Shown: piece after piece, positions 55,566-64,000 of the stretch | How positions within the stretch are numbered: position 1 is the stretch's first letter | How the letters are laid out: every line of letters begins with the position of its first letter | From: Candidatus Heimdallarchaeum aukensis | GTDB lineage: Archaea; Asgardarchaeota; Heimdallarchaeia; Heimdallarchaeales; Heimdallarchaeaceae | Direction of reading: 5' to 3' | NCBI GenBank assembly: GCA_021513695.1 | Contig: CP084166.1 | Span: 192,001-256,000 of the forward strand | Length of the DNA: 64,000 bases | Program-made: the position numbers and the translations under genes | The notes under the pieces: generated by a model | Seen by the model: only the letters and a program-made list of their open reading frames with translations | Told to the model about the DNA's origin: nothing | Databases searched by the model: none

Positions 55566-55632
55566 GTTGAAATTTTACTTAATTTCTTCAGGACTCTACC
55601 CAACCAGTCAACAAACATATCGAAAGTTGTGA

Positions 55633-55758
55633 GGACTGGGTTAAGAGAACATGAAAGACACAGTCTTAAGTGAGTTCTCTAAAGGGTTCATCTCCTGATC
55701 CCGGGCACTCATCACTCCCACATGGAAGACCGGGTGTCGTAGGAATGAAACCTACGTC
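55633..55758. ncRNA. GC-rich, non-coding, hairpin-rich island (candidate structured RNA or element remnant)
   Basis: Hand count gives 62 G+C in 126 nt (35 of 60 in 55683..55742), well above the AT-rich flanks. All six frames are closed. Nested stem AGAGAAC(55644-50)/GTTCTCT(55674-80) encloses AAGAC-ACA-GTCTT (55655-67). Hairpin CGTAGG-aatgaaa-CCTACG at 55738..55756. CCCGG/CCGGG pairing at 55699-55735. Identity and strand are unknown. Confidence 0.25.
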
Positions 55759-56043
55759 TTTAAGCATATAGATCAAAACACTAGATAAATGAGAATTGAA
55801 TATATAAAGACTGCAGAAAAGTTGTGACACTTCCCAATATCGTGTATTCTTTATTAATCCAAATGTGCTTCTGGTTGTTCTTGGTCTAATAACTCCACAA
55901 ACTAAAAATTTAGTTCTTTACGTAAAAAAGTATTTCATCAAAACTAAACTTCAGAGAGATGCTAAAATAATGTGGAATGGTTAAATTATAAAGAACTTTC
56001 CAGATCCTAACTCTTTTTTTCTTTTAAAAAAATGAGAAAAAGA

Positions 56044-56856
56044 TTACTCTTTAACTGCTTTTAAGGCAAATAAAAGAGGAAAATCAATTTTTTCATCTTT
56101 GAAGTACCAATATCTGTCTTCATGTTGTACTAAAAAAGGAAATTGCTTAAATTCACTAAACGGATATTCGTTAAACAATTCAATTTTTAGTCCTTCTTTT
56201 ATCAAAGAATTGAGGATTTCACTTATAGTATGCATCCACTCGTAAGTCTTTAAATGTTCGATTTTTTTATCAGAATCAGTGTAAGTGTATTCAGAATCAA
56301 ATTCCATTGCTTCTTTTGAGAAATAACTGTATCTAATTTTTAGTTCTTTTTCATTTTCATCATCAAAGACATGTGAGAGAGGGTGCGATTCTACAATTAG
56401 AAAATTTCCACCTTTTCTTAAAAATTTGGAAATTATTTCTGCCCATTTTCTTATGTCAGGTAACCAAGGTAGAACACCATAAGTAGTGAAAACAATATCA
56501 AACTTTTCTTTTAGAAGCTTATCAAGATCATAAATGTTTGCACAAATAAATTTAGCACGAACATTAATTTGTTCACTTAATTTTTTGGCAAAGGTAATAG
56601 CTTTTTCAGAAAAGTCTACTCCAGTCACTTGAGCTCCCATTCTAGCTAAAGAAAGGGTATCCATTCCAAAGTGACATTGTAAATGGAGTATTTTTTTTCC
56701 TTTTATATTTCCAAGCAGTTCAAGCTCAACTGAGTGTAAAGAGTTTTTTCCTTTTAGAAAACCCTCTAAATCATAGCTTTTTGATTTTGAATGAATCTCA
56801 ACAAGTTCATCCCATCGCTTTTTATTTGTTTCCATAAATTCTTTGTTGCTATCCAT
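56044..56856 (-). CDS. Class I SAM-dependent methyltransferase
   Basis: KILHLQCHFGMDTLSLARMGAQVTGVDFS (motif I and the acidic post-I residue), FDIVFTTYGVLPWL, GGNFLIVESHP. Confidence 0.75.
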   Translation of the reverse strand: MDSNKEFMETNKKRWDELVEIHSKSKSYDLEGFLKGKNSLHSVELELLGNIKGKKILHLQCHFGMDTLSLARMGAQVTGVDFSEKAITFAKKLSEQINVRAKFICANIYDLDKLLKEKFDIVFTTYGVLPWLPDIRKWAEIISKFLRKGGNFLIVESHPLSHVFDDENEKELKIRYSYFSKEAMEFDSEYTYTDSDKKIEHLKTYEWMHTISEILNSLIKEGLKIELFNEYPFSEFKQFPFLVQHEDRYWYFKDEKIDFPLLFALKAVKE

Positions 56857-56967
56857 TATGGAAAACTGAAAAGTTAGCTAATAAGAATTTCTATATATTA
56901 TCTTTTACAATATTTTAAATAGAAGTTTTTTCTAAATAGGCAAAAAGCAAATACCTACGAAGAGTAG

Positions 56968-58365
56968 ATGATCTTGAATTTTAGAAAAATATCTATCAAA
57001 GAAAATTTATTGAAAATGGTTATTCCTTTAGTACTATTCATCATTTCAATTACTGTTCGTTTACTCCTCAGAAAATGGTTTTATGCAAATTATGATGTAA
57101 CACATTATATTTCTGAAGAAGGATACTATTGGGAAACATATTTAGACGCAGATACTTACTATCAGTACTACCTTTACGCTTTTAAGCATGAAAATTGGTT
57201 AATTTACGATCCTTCCAGTCCATATCCTCTCTCAGGATATGTTTATGGCCCTTTATTCGTATACTTTTTGACTATACTATCTTATTTTGTAGGTATATTT
57301 TTTCCTAACTCCACAAAACTTGAAATAGCTTGGAAAACAGTGATTTTTGCCCCTCAATTGTTTGACTCTCTATCAACAGTTGTTATTTATTATATTATTA
57401 AAGCAATGGCAAAAGAGATATCAGAAGAAAAAGTAAAAAGCAAAGTAAGAACAGAAATAATAGCTATTTCTACTTCCATCATTTTCATTTTTATGCCTGT
57501 AGTTTTATTCTACAATAATTTTCTTTATCTTAATTCTTATATGTATACCTTCTATGCGTTACTAGCTTTCTTATTTCTGATAAAAGAAAAGTTTGATCTT
57601 TCTGCATTTTGGTTAGCTATCTCGATAATGACAAAGCAATTATCTCTTTTTCTTCTCCCACTGTGGTTTTTGTATATTTTTAGAATAGATAAGAAAAAAG
57701 CGCTGAGATATGGGATTTTAACTTTCTTACTAGGTTCACTTCTTTCTCTTCCTTGGATAGTTCTTTTTCCTGAAAGCTTTTTGGTAAGAATGTTTTTTCA
57801 AGGTACTCCTAAACTCACTTCTTTCTCTATTGAATATAGATGGATTTTATGGTCAACAACTCCTTTCCATGCTTTCCTGTATTGGGGCTGGGATAAAGCT
57901 GCTTTGTTTTACTTTAAACTGAATCAGAAATATATTCCTTTTATAATATTCAATGTTTTGAGCTATTTCTGGATTATTTTAACAGGAAAAAAACTCAACG
58001 AAAATAAAAGTAATTTATTAACATCTCAAGCTCTTTTTGCTCTAGGGATGCACATTTTTCTGTCTAGAGGATGTTACAAATATTATGACGCATTTTTTAT
58101 TCCTTTTGTAATTCTTGCTTTAGGAGGAAAAACATTATCAATAAAGAGAGATTGGTTAAAAATCCTATATCTAAGTTCCTTTAGCATATGGATTTTCTTC
58201 TTAAATTTGTGGATAGTAATTAAAATTAAGTGGTTACATCAATTTTATGTTTTCTTGATATTTCTGACGGTATTATTGTTAATTGATGAAGATCTATTTC
58301 TTTACTTATTTAAGAAAGAAGCTTACTCCTCAATTATCAAAGAAATAGATTTTAGAAGAAAATAG
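56968..58365 (+). CDS. GT-C-type glycosyl/mannosyltransferase-like polytopic membrane protein (PIG-M/PimE/DUF2029-like)
   Basis: 465 aa, at least 10 TM segments. The first loop, YLDADTYYQYYLYAFKHENWLIYDPSSPYPLSGYVYGPLFVYFL, resembles the Dx(D)Y...SPY...Y-x-Y-x-PL pattern of GT-C mannosyltransferases. The family assignment is tentative. Confidence 0.45.
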   Translation: MILNFRKISIKENLLKMVIPLVLFIISITVRLLLRKWFYANYDVTHYISEEGYYWETYLDADTYYQYYLYAFKHENWLIYDPSSPYPLSGYVYGPLFVYFLTILSYFVGIFFPNSTKLEIAWKTVIFAPQLFDSLSTVVIYYIIKAMAKEISEEKVKSKVRTEIIAISTSIIFIFMPVVLFYNNFLYLNSYMYTFYALLAFLFLIKEKFDLSAFWLAISIMTKQLSLFLLPLWFLYIFRIDKKKALRYGILTFLLGSLLSLPWIVLFPESFLVRMFFQGTPKLTSFSIEYRWILWSTTPFHAFLYWGWDKAALFYFKLNQKYIPFIIFNVLSYFWIILTGKKLNENKSNLLTSQALFALGMHIFLSRGCYKYYDAFFIPFVILALGGKTLSIKRDWLKILYLSSFSIWIFFLNLWIVIKIKWLHQFYVFLIFLTVLLLIDEDLFLYLFKKEAYSSIIKEIDFRRK

Positions 58366-58482
58366 ACTTATCACTTATATTTCTATTATTATGTATGTTC
58401 TTGGAAATTTTTAAGATTAATTATTGATTTGTTGTTAGTGTTAAAACAAAAAAGAAATAAAAAGATAGTTTGTGCTCTTACA

Positions 58483-59424
58483 ATGACCTCTCTACGCGAA
58501 ATTATCAAACCAAACAAAAAGTTCAATCTAATCAATTTAGATGAAAAAAAAACTGTAGAATTTTGGATTATTTGCTTAGTTGTTGTTATAGATTTGATTT
58601 TTTCAGTTATCATAAATTTGGTTATTTATCGCTTTGGAATATTTAATTGGATTTACGATATAACAGGTTTTGTAACGCCAACAATGCTTGCTTATACAAT
58701 ATTATATTTAGTTATTATAGGTTTATTAATAATTTATTTAGGAAAGCTAAAACCTAAAGATTTAGGATTTTCAACTAGCAAACTTTGGCAAGGTGTTTTA
58801 ATTGTGTTTGTTGGTTGGTTCATTATTCAAATTGCAGGTGTAATTTATTCACTAATTATAAGTGGGACATTAACAATTGATAGTTATATGGTTCAATCTT
58901 CTGCAAAGTTAATAATTATAAAAAACGTTGTTCAATGGTTTTTTAATGCACCATTTGAAGAATTTTTATTTAGAGAATTTTTACTTACACAACTATATTT
59001 ACAGTTCAAAAATAGATTAATTGATGATCCTAAATCGGTTAAGAAGTCTCTAACTCGTTCTTTGATAATATCACAACTAATATTCTCGTTTATGCATATT
59101 CCAAATCGTATTCTATGGGTAGTGAGTTCAGAAAGTTATACTGTAAAAGAAATAATCTGGGCAGCGGTTAATCCTCTTCAATACGGAGTTTTGTTCCTAA
59201 TAGGATTAACATTTGCCATGTTGTATCACAGGACTGATAATATTTTCATTGTTATAGGAATACATGCACTTTTTAATGAACCTAACTCTTTGTTCTTTCC
59301 TAAATGGATAGGTTCAATCTTAATTTATGTTCTTGCAATAATTATAATCCTTTTCTATCCGTTTTTCTTGAGTAAATACTCTAAAGAAAAAGAAATAATT
59401 ATTGAAAAAGATAAAATCCCTTAA
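58483..59424 (+). CDS. CPBP-family intramembrane glutamic endopeptidase (CAAX protease/Abi-like)
   Basis: NAPFEEFLFREFL (EExxxR), FSFMHIPN (FxxxH), IGIHALFN (HxxxN). The track starts at TTG 58429; ATG 58483 (MTSLREII) is preferred. Confidence 0.75.
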   Translation: MTSLREIIKPNKKFNLINLDEKKTVEFWIICLVVVIDLIFSVIINLVIYRFGIFNWIYDITGFVTPTMLAYTILYLVIIGLLIIYLGKLKPKDLGFSTSKLWQGVLIVFVGWFIIQIAGVIYSLIISGTLTIDSYMVQSSAKLIIIKNVVQWFFNAPFEEFLFREFLLTQLYLQFKNRLIDDPKSVKKSLTRSLIISQLIFSFMHIPNRILWVVSSESYTVKEIIWAAVNPLQYGVLFLIGLTFAMLYHRTDNIFIVIGIHALFNEPNSLFFPKWIGSILIYVLAIIIILFYPFFLSKYSKEKEIIIEKDKIP

Positions 59425-59509
59425 GCTTTTTCATTTTTCATCATATATTTTAGTCGTTTGCTAAACAATTGCTTCGTTTCGCTTTATATTTAAACGTAAA
59501 AGTTTTTTA

Positions 59510-60337
59510 ATGCAAAATAAAAAGCAATTTATGAAAAATCTTTCTTCAATTGAAGACATTGAAGATGAGTATGTAAGAATCCGTCTTCAAGAATTAGCTA
59601 AAGAAGATTATGTACTAGGAATTCAGATAAATGGTAGCAGAGCAACAGGTTTTGCTCGACCAAACGCTGATTGGGATGGTTTTTTGTATGTCACAGAGGA
59701 ATATTACAGTTCATTGTCTCTTAGAGAAATTCATATTTTAGAATTTGATGAAACAGTTGAACCAAAAAGATTACTTTTTGATTTTCTCCTAATTACAGAC
59801 AAATGGATGGGAGAAAGGTTAAACTCTCCTCAAGATGTAGAGCACTATGCATTTGTTGAAGGTAAAATAATTTATGATCCTACTGGAAAACTCAAAGCAT
59901 GGACAAAAAAAATAGCTCAATATCCTGAAGAAGAGCATGAAATTAGACTAAAAGCAAAATATATGCTGTGGAGAGAATCATTAGGTTTTGGACTAATAAA
60001 TGATAAACGGGGATTTGAAACAAATAAGAATGTTAATTTGCATAGAGCAGTTCTTGCTGCTGTTCATTTATGGTTTACAATTCGAAAAAGTTGGACTCCT
60101 CCTTTGAAGTGGTGGAGTTTTCATGCAAAGAAAATGGGTATGGATAATAATACTTACAAACTTTTTGAAAAAATAATTAATAATCCTGACTTAGAAGATA
60201 TGAAAAAGATAGATGCAAAGTTCAAGGAAATGATTAAGGAAAGTGGATTTGATTTTGTAGATAATATGTATGACGTTTATATGGAATATTATAGAGCAAA
60301 TCGCGATGAAGCTTTCCATAGACACATGTTCTTGTAA
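59510..60337 (+). CDS. Pol-beta-superfamily nucleotidyltransferase with helical C-terminal domain (KNTase/DUF4037-like)
   Basis: INGSRATGFARPNADWDGFLYV fits hG[GS]-x10-DxD. The helical C-terminal half ends in NRDEAFHRH (an R-x4-H string). Confidence 0.6.
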   Translation: MQNKKQFMKNLSSIEDIEDEYVRIRLQELAKEDYVLGIQINGSRATGFARPNADWDGFLYVTEEYYSSLSLREIHILEFDETVEPKRLLFDFLLITDKWMGERLNSPQDVEHYAFVEGKIIYDPTGKLKAWTKKIAQYPEEEHEIRLKAKYMLWRESLGFGLINDKRGFETNKNVNLHRAVLAAVHLWFTIRKSWTPPLKWWSFHAKKMGMDNNTYKLFEKIINNPDLEDMKKIDAKFKEMIKESGFDFVDNMYDVYMEYYRANRDEAFHRHMFL

Positions 60338-60415
60338 TTTTTTTGTAAAAAAATTAAAAAGCGAATAGAGTATCTTCTATCTAGAATGTTTTTTTCCTTT
60401 GTTCTAAACTGAATA

Positions 60416-61279
60416 ATGATTTTTCTGATCTCTCTTAAAAAAATTCAAAAAAAAAATAAATATCAAGAAGAAGAAAAAAGAACCATGAGCGAAGAAAAAT
60501 CAAAAGTTAAGTCATTCTTTAATCCAATTTCTTTTGTAGTTATTTTGCTAATTTGGAATTGGTTAGGTGGTTATCTACTTGATCTTTTTTCAGTTCCGTC
60601 TCAATGGATAGGGACTTATTATCTAGCAGGAACACTTATTTGGAGTTTAGTTTTTGCTAGAGTAGTCAATAAGAAACTAGAAAATATTGGTGTTACAGTT
60701 AAAGTCAAATTTGATTTAAAGTCTTTATTACTAATTATTTTAGCTGCTTTAATAGGTTCAGTATATTTGCTTTTGTCTGCGATCTACAAGTATTCTTTAC
60801 CTTTGGTTGAAATAAACACAGAAATCATAGTCACACTTATTGTTTTACCTATCTCAATTCTAATACAAGCTTTTTTTGAAGAGATAGCTTGGGCAGGATG
60901 GCTTTATTCAAACTTGAAAATGAGAGAAGAAGTAAAGAACTTGATTATAGGTTTGGTATGGGCTGTCTGGCATGTTCCTTTCTATCTATGGGGAATCAAA
61001 TATTTCACATATACACCCTTGTTATACTCTCTTAATGTCATAGGGATAATCTTATCACGTTTTGTTATTAACTGGTTCAGAAAAGAAATGGACAATGTAT
61101 GGTGGCCAACTTTCTATCATGGAGGAATAAATTTAGGTGGATTTATAATCATAGTATTGTATCCTGGTATCGAAAAAATAGCTGAAGTTATAGTATATTC
61201 AGGGTTAATACGAACAGTTATAATCTTGATTTTACAGATTGTAATAACTTTTATTGGAAAGAAAAGAGAAAAAGTTTAA
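60416..61279 (+). CDS. CPBP-family intramembrane protease-like protein (second copy, divergent)
   Basis: QAFFEEIAWAGWLY (EE motif with the Arg position changed), VWAVWHVPFY, TFYHGGINL. An alternative start is ATG 60485 (MSEEKSK). Confidence 0.6.
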   Translation: MIFLISLKKIQKKNKYQEEEKRTMSEEKSKVKSFFNPISFVVILLIWNWLGGYLLDLFSVPSQWIGTYYLAGTLIWSLVFARVVNKKLENIGVTVKVKFDLKSLLLIILAALIGSVYLLLSAIYKYSLPLVEINTEIIVTLIVLPISILIQAFFEEIAWAGWLYSNLKMREEVKNLIIGLVWAVWHVPFYLWGIKYFTYTPLLYSLNVIGIILSRFVINWFRKEMDNVWWPTFYHGGINLGGFIIIVLYPGIEKIAEVIVYSGLIRTVIILILQIVITFIGKKREKV

Positions 61280-61291
61280 TTTTTCTCCTTT

Positions 61292-64000
61292 TCAATCCAA
61301 TTTTAGCATTTTTATTTCTATTGGATCAAAGCCAACTTTTAATTTGTTTTCTACTTTTTCTAATTCCTTTACAACTGTTCCATCAATCATAATTTGATTT
61401 ACTTTAGAAACAGTAGCAGGTACTTGAATCGTAGTTTCTTGTTTCTTTTCAGATAGATTGTATAATGTAACTAAAATTGCTCCATCTTTCTTTCTTAATG
61501 AAGATATTCTGATAAAAGGGTTAGAATTGGTTATTATTGGTTCAATCTTTTTATTTTCACTGTTATTACTTACAACAATAGAAATAGGTTGTAAACAAGC
61601 ATTTTCAGAAAGATTATCTGAATAAACAATGTTCTTATTTTTGGAGTGAGCTACAATTGAATACTCAAACTCGAAAGACTTGTTTTCTTCTTGTGCTCCT
61701 GGAGTGTATAAAAAGGGGCCAGCATGCATAGGTCTTTCTGGAAAATCAGAACGAGATAACCAACCTACAGATCTGAGGAGTGTAAGACATAATTTTGAAC
61801 CTTCTACAAGCTCAACTTCAGGTAAACCTTTGTTTATTAAAGTAAAAGCTTCTTCACCTTTCTCATTTCCTACTCTGATCCACCTTTTCTGTGCTTGTAT
61901 TCCAGAAGGTTTTTCTACATAATTTTCTGCTTCTTTCGGATAAGAATTTCTTTCAATATAACCAAAATGAGTAGAAGTGTAAGTTTTTTTACTTGAGAAA
62001 GGTAATGAGAAAGTAATTCTTAAACGATGGTCTTTTGCAGTATTGAATATTTTTGTTTTTATATCAATTCGTGGAGAATCTCTGAAAAAAGTAAAATGAG
62101 TAACTACATCAATTTTTGTTTTTCCTATTCTCTTTTCTCTTTTCTCATCTAATTGCCTAAATGTTTTAAAAGTGGCTTTTTCTTCGACTACTGTGAAAAC
62201 TTCACCTTTTGTTATAATTCTTCTTTTAGTTTTTGACAATTTAGTCTTTACAGGACCTACAAAACTGTAAGTGTATTCATCTCCTCTATCTCCAGTGTCT
62301 TCAAATTGATGAAGTAGAGAATATTCAGTTTTTGTTTTCTTATCATAAAGAGAAAAGGAACCATTTCTCTTAAATTTGACAATATAATAATTGTTAGAAA
62401 TAGTATTCTTTGTTACATTAAATTCTTTTTGAGTTATTGTGTTATCATTTGCTTTTATTGATGAATTAACAGTAAAGCGAGTAAAAGACCAAGGTTTAAG
62501 AGGAGCAAATGAAGCGTATTTTTGCTTAACTCCTCTAGTAGCAACAACATGAAAAAGCTTAAACTTACCACTATTGATCATCTCTTTCAATTCTTTCTTC
62601 ATTTTATCGATATTTAGTTCACCAATAGGTTTCTTTCCACATATAATTTTAATCTCACAAATAGAGTTTTCCTCATCTTTGTTAATAATTACCTCATTGA
62701 TGTAATCATCAATTATTTTTCTACCAGGAAGAAGTTTTAATCCTGATTTTAACATCAATGGTTTCATCTTTTCGTCTAAAATTTTTTCTTGCGAACTATA
62801 AAGTGGTTGAATAGTGTATCTTTGACCGTCTTCACTTATTATCGTCTTTATAGGGAAGTCTAATGGAAAATCAAATTCAAAATAAGTAGGTTCACTACTA
62901 TTTGTCGGGTTGAAAATCATAATCTCTTTAGGCTTTTCAGATTCGTCTAAAGACATTTTAGCTAAAATATTTTCTAAAATGATGTTAGCAATACTTTCAG
63001 ACCAATAAAACCTTGATTTCATTTCTTCATGAGTTTGATCAATTGAACACCCACAAATCGAGTCATGAGGGTGGTTTTTTAGTAACCATTTCCAAGCTAA
63101 ATCTAAATAGGTTTTAGGATATTCAAACGTATAATAATAAGATAAATAAGTTGAAAGTGGTTCTGCATAATGTACAAGGAGATCCTCTATTTTTTGGTTC
63201 CACTGTTTAATCCAAACCCTACTGGAATATGTGTCTTGCAAAAGAGGAGCTCTTTCTGAAGAACGAAATTCTCCTGCATAATGAGCAGGTCCATAATTTT
63301 CCTTTTTCATTTTTTCATTCAATTTTTCTATGAATTCACTAAGAGAACCTAATTTTACTTCAAGATTTTCATATTTTATTTCTTTTAACATTCTGGGGAT
63401 TTTTTCCTTTGGAAATTGGTGGTCCGTTCCATTCATAAGTAAATATAAAGGAAAAGGAGAAAAACTTTCTAGATCTTTTACACAAGTTTCTATTTGAGAT
63501 TTAAGTTCTTCTTTATTTTCGTCTGTTAAATGAGCTGCATTTCCATATCCATAAGGCATGTAAATTCCTAAAATTGATTTAGTAGAGTTTTCATTTCCTT
63601 TCCAAATGAAGGGTACTGTATTTATTTCCTCTCCTACTCCTCTCCAGATAATAGAACCAGAAAAATCAGTTAAATCTGAAACTAATTGAGGAATAGCTCT
63701 TGTATGACCAAACTGGTCAGGAAGATAAGCGAGTTTCATTAATGGAATGTTGTATTTTTTTGAAAGATTATAACTAACTTCAAGATTTCTTATCAAACTT
63801 TCTTGTCCAACTAACCATTCGTCTGGAAGAACATACCAGGGTCCTACTTCAATTTTTCCTTTTTTAATCAAATCCAGTAATTCTTCTTTATTTTCTTTTC
63901 TAATCTCAAAATAATCTTCCAAAACTATAGTTTGTCCATCTAGCATAAAGTAATAATCTTGTTTTCTATTTATCTCAATTAGCTTGTCGATTAATTTTAC
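61292..64000 (-). CDS. GH38 alpha-mannosidase, 5' end beyond the right window edge
   Basis: LDGQT, YLPDQFGHTRAIPQL, NHPHDSICGCSIDQTHEEM and a long beta-rich C-terminal region. The frame stays open upstream of the track Met (63946) to position 64000 (VKLIDKLIEINRKQDYYFMLDGQT), so the N-terminus is outside the window. Confidence 0.85.
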   Translation of the reverse strand, partial: VKLIDKLIEINRKQDYYFMLDGQTIVLEDYFEIRKENKEELLDLIKKGKIEVGPWYVLPDEWLVGQESLIRNLEVSYNLSKKYNIPLMKLAYLPDQFGHTRAIPQLVSDLTDFSGSIIWRGVGEEINTVPFIWKGNENSTKSILGIYMPYGYGNAAHLTDENKEELKSQIETCVKDLESFSPFPLYLLMNGTDHQFPKEKIPRMLKEIKYENLEVKLGSLSEFIEKLNEKMKKENYGPAHYAGEFRSSERAPLLQDTYSSRVWIKQWNQKIEDLLVHYAEPLSTYLSYYYTFEYPKTYLDLAWKWLLKNHPHDSICGCSIDQTHEEMKSRFYWSESIANIILENILAKMSLDESEKPKEIMIFNPTNSSEPTYFEFDFPLDFPIKTIISEDGQRYTIQPLYSSQEKILDEKMKPLMLKSGLKLLPGRKIIDDYINEVIINKDEENSICEIKIICGKKPIGELNIDKMKKELKEMINSGKFKLFHVVATRGVKQKYASFAPLKPWSFTRFTVNSSIKANDNTITQKEFNVTKNTISNNYYIVKFKRNGSFSLYDKKTKTEYSLLHQFEDTGDRGDEYTYSFVGPVKTKLSKTKRRIITKGEVFTVVEEKATFKTFRQLDEKREKRIGKTKIDVVTHFTFFRDSPRIDIKTKIFNTAKDHRLRITFSLPFSSKKTYTSTHFGYIERNSYPKEAENYVEKPSGIQAQKRWIRVGNEKGEEAFTLINKGLPEVELVEGSKLCLTLLRSVGWLSRSDFPERPMHAGPFLYTPGAQEENKSFEFEYSIVAHSKNKNIVYSDNLSENACLQPISIVVSNNSENKKIEPIITNSNPFIRISSLRKKDGAILVTLYNLSEKKQETTIQVPATVSKVNQIMIDGTVVKELEKVENKLKVGFDPIEIKMLKLD

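Noticed and set aside
55633-55758. Assigning the GC-rich island to tRNA, 5S rRNA, SRP RNA or a C/D-box sRNA
   Set aside because: No T-arm or acceptor pairing for a tRNA. Only a loose resemblance on the minus strand (GAUGAGUGCCCGGGAUCAGG) to the 3' side of SRP helix 8, and the region is far too short and not GC-rich enough for a 7S RNA. The minus strand has GUGAUGA (C-box-like), but the nearest CUGA is about 130 nt away, too far for an archaeal C/D sRNA. It is kept only as an unclassified candidate.
36508-61279. Functional link between the CPBP (CAAX-protease-like) genes and the Rab-like GTPase
   Set aside because: The GTPase has no C-terminal Cys or CAAX box, and the protease genes are more than 20 kb away in an unrelated cluster.
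1-64000. CRISPR arrays, rRNA, tRNA, transposases, integrases and prophage-type genes
   Set aside because: I found no regularly spaced repeats, no tRNA-like cloverleaf sequence (no GTTCGAATC-type T-arm) and no transposase or integrase motifs in any ORF.

Overview
Dense, visibly AT-rich archaeal chromosomal segment with about 56 protein genes. I saw no rRNA, tRNA, CRISPR array, transposase or integrase. Archaeal character is shown by TTTAAATA-type TATA boxes about 25-35 nt upstream of start codons (often leaderless), a TFB homologue, a histone-fold protein and a group 3b [NiFe]-hydrogenase operon. Several eukaryote-like parts occur together: a Rab-like small GTPase, longin/roadblock-like domains, a textbook C2H2 zinc finger and a RING-like module on a helicase. 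From these I infer an Asgard (Loki-type) origin; this is inference, not proof. Recognisable blocks: 2-oxoacid:ferredoxin oxidoreductase alpha and beta genes separated and inverted; Sat-CysC fusion plus TauE exporter; MacB/FtsX-type ABC transporter with two ATPases; hydBGDA plus maturation protease; acyl-CoA ligase; tldD-pmbA; a bcp/nitroreductase/Grx-FTR redox cassette; a bacterial-type ribE-ribBA-ribH operon; an accessory-looking right end (hydrolases, methyltransferase, GT-C protein, two CPBP proteases, nucleotidyltransferase, GH38 mannosidase). Best candidates for undescribed biology: (1) two tandem paralogous TPR proteins ending in a longin/roadblock-like domain, close to the Rab-like GTPase and bracketed by a two-member CxxC...HxC family of unknown function; (2) a threonine-synthase-like protein whose PLP lysine is replaced (NPTGSFRDR), fused to a Zn ribbon and a PadR-type wHTH; (3) a Zn-ribbon + RING-like + SF2 helicase translationally linked to a polytopic membrane protein; (4) a GC-rich, apparently non-coding structured island beside a frameshifted membrane-protein pseudogene. 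All family calls come from motif recognition by eye. No searches or computations were run.
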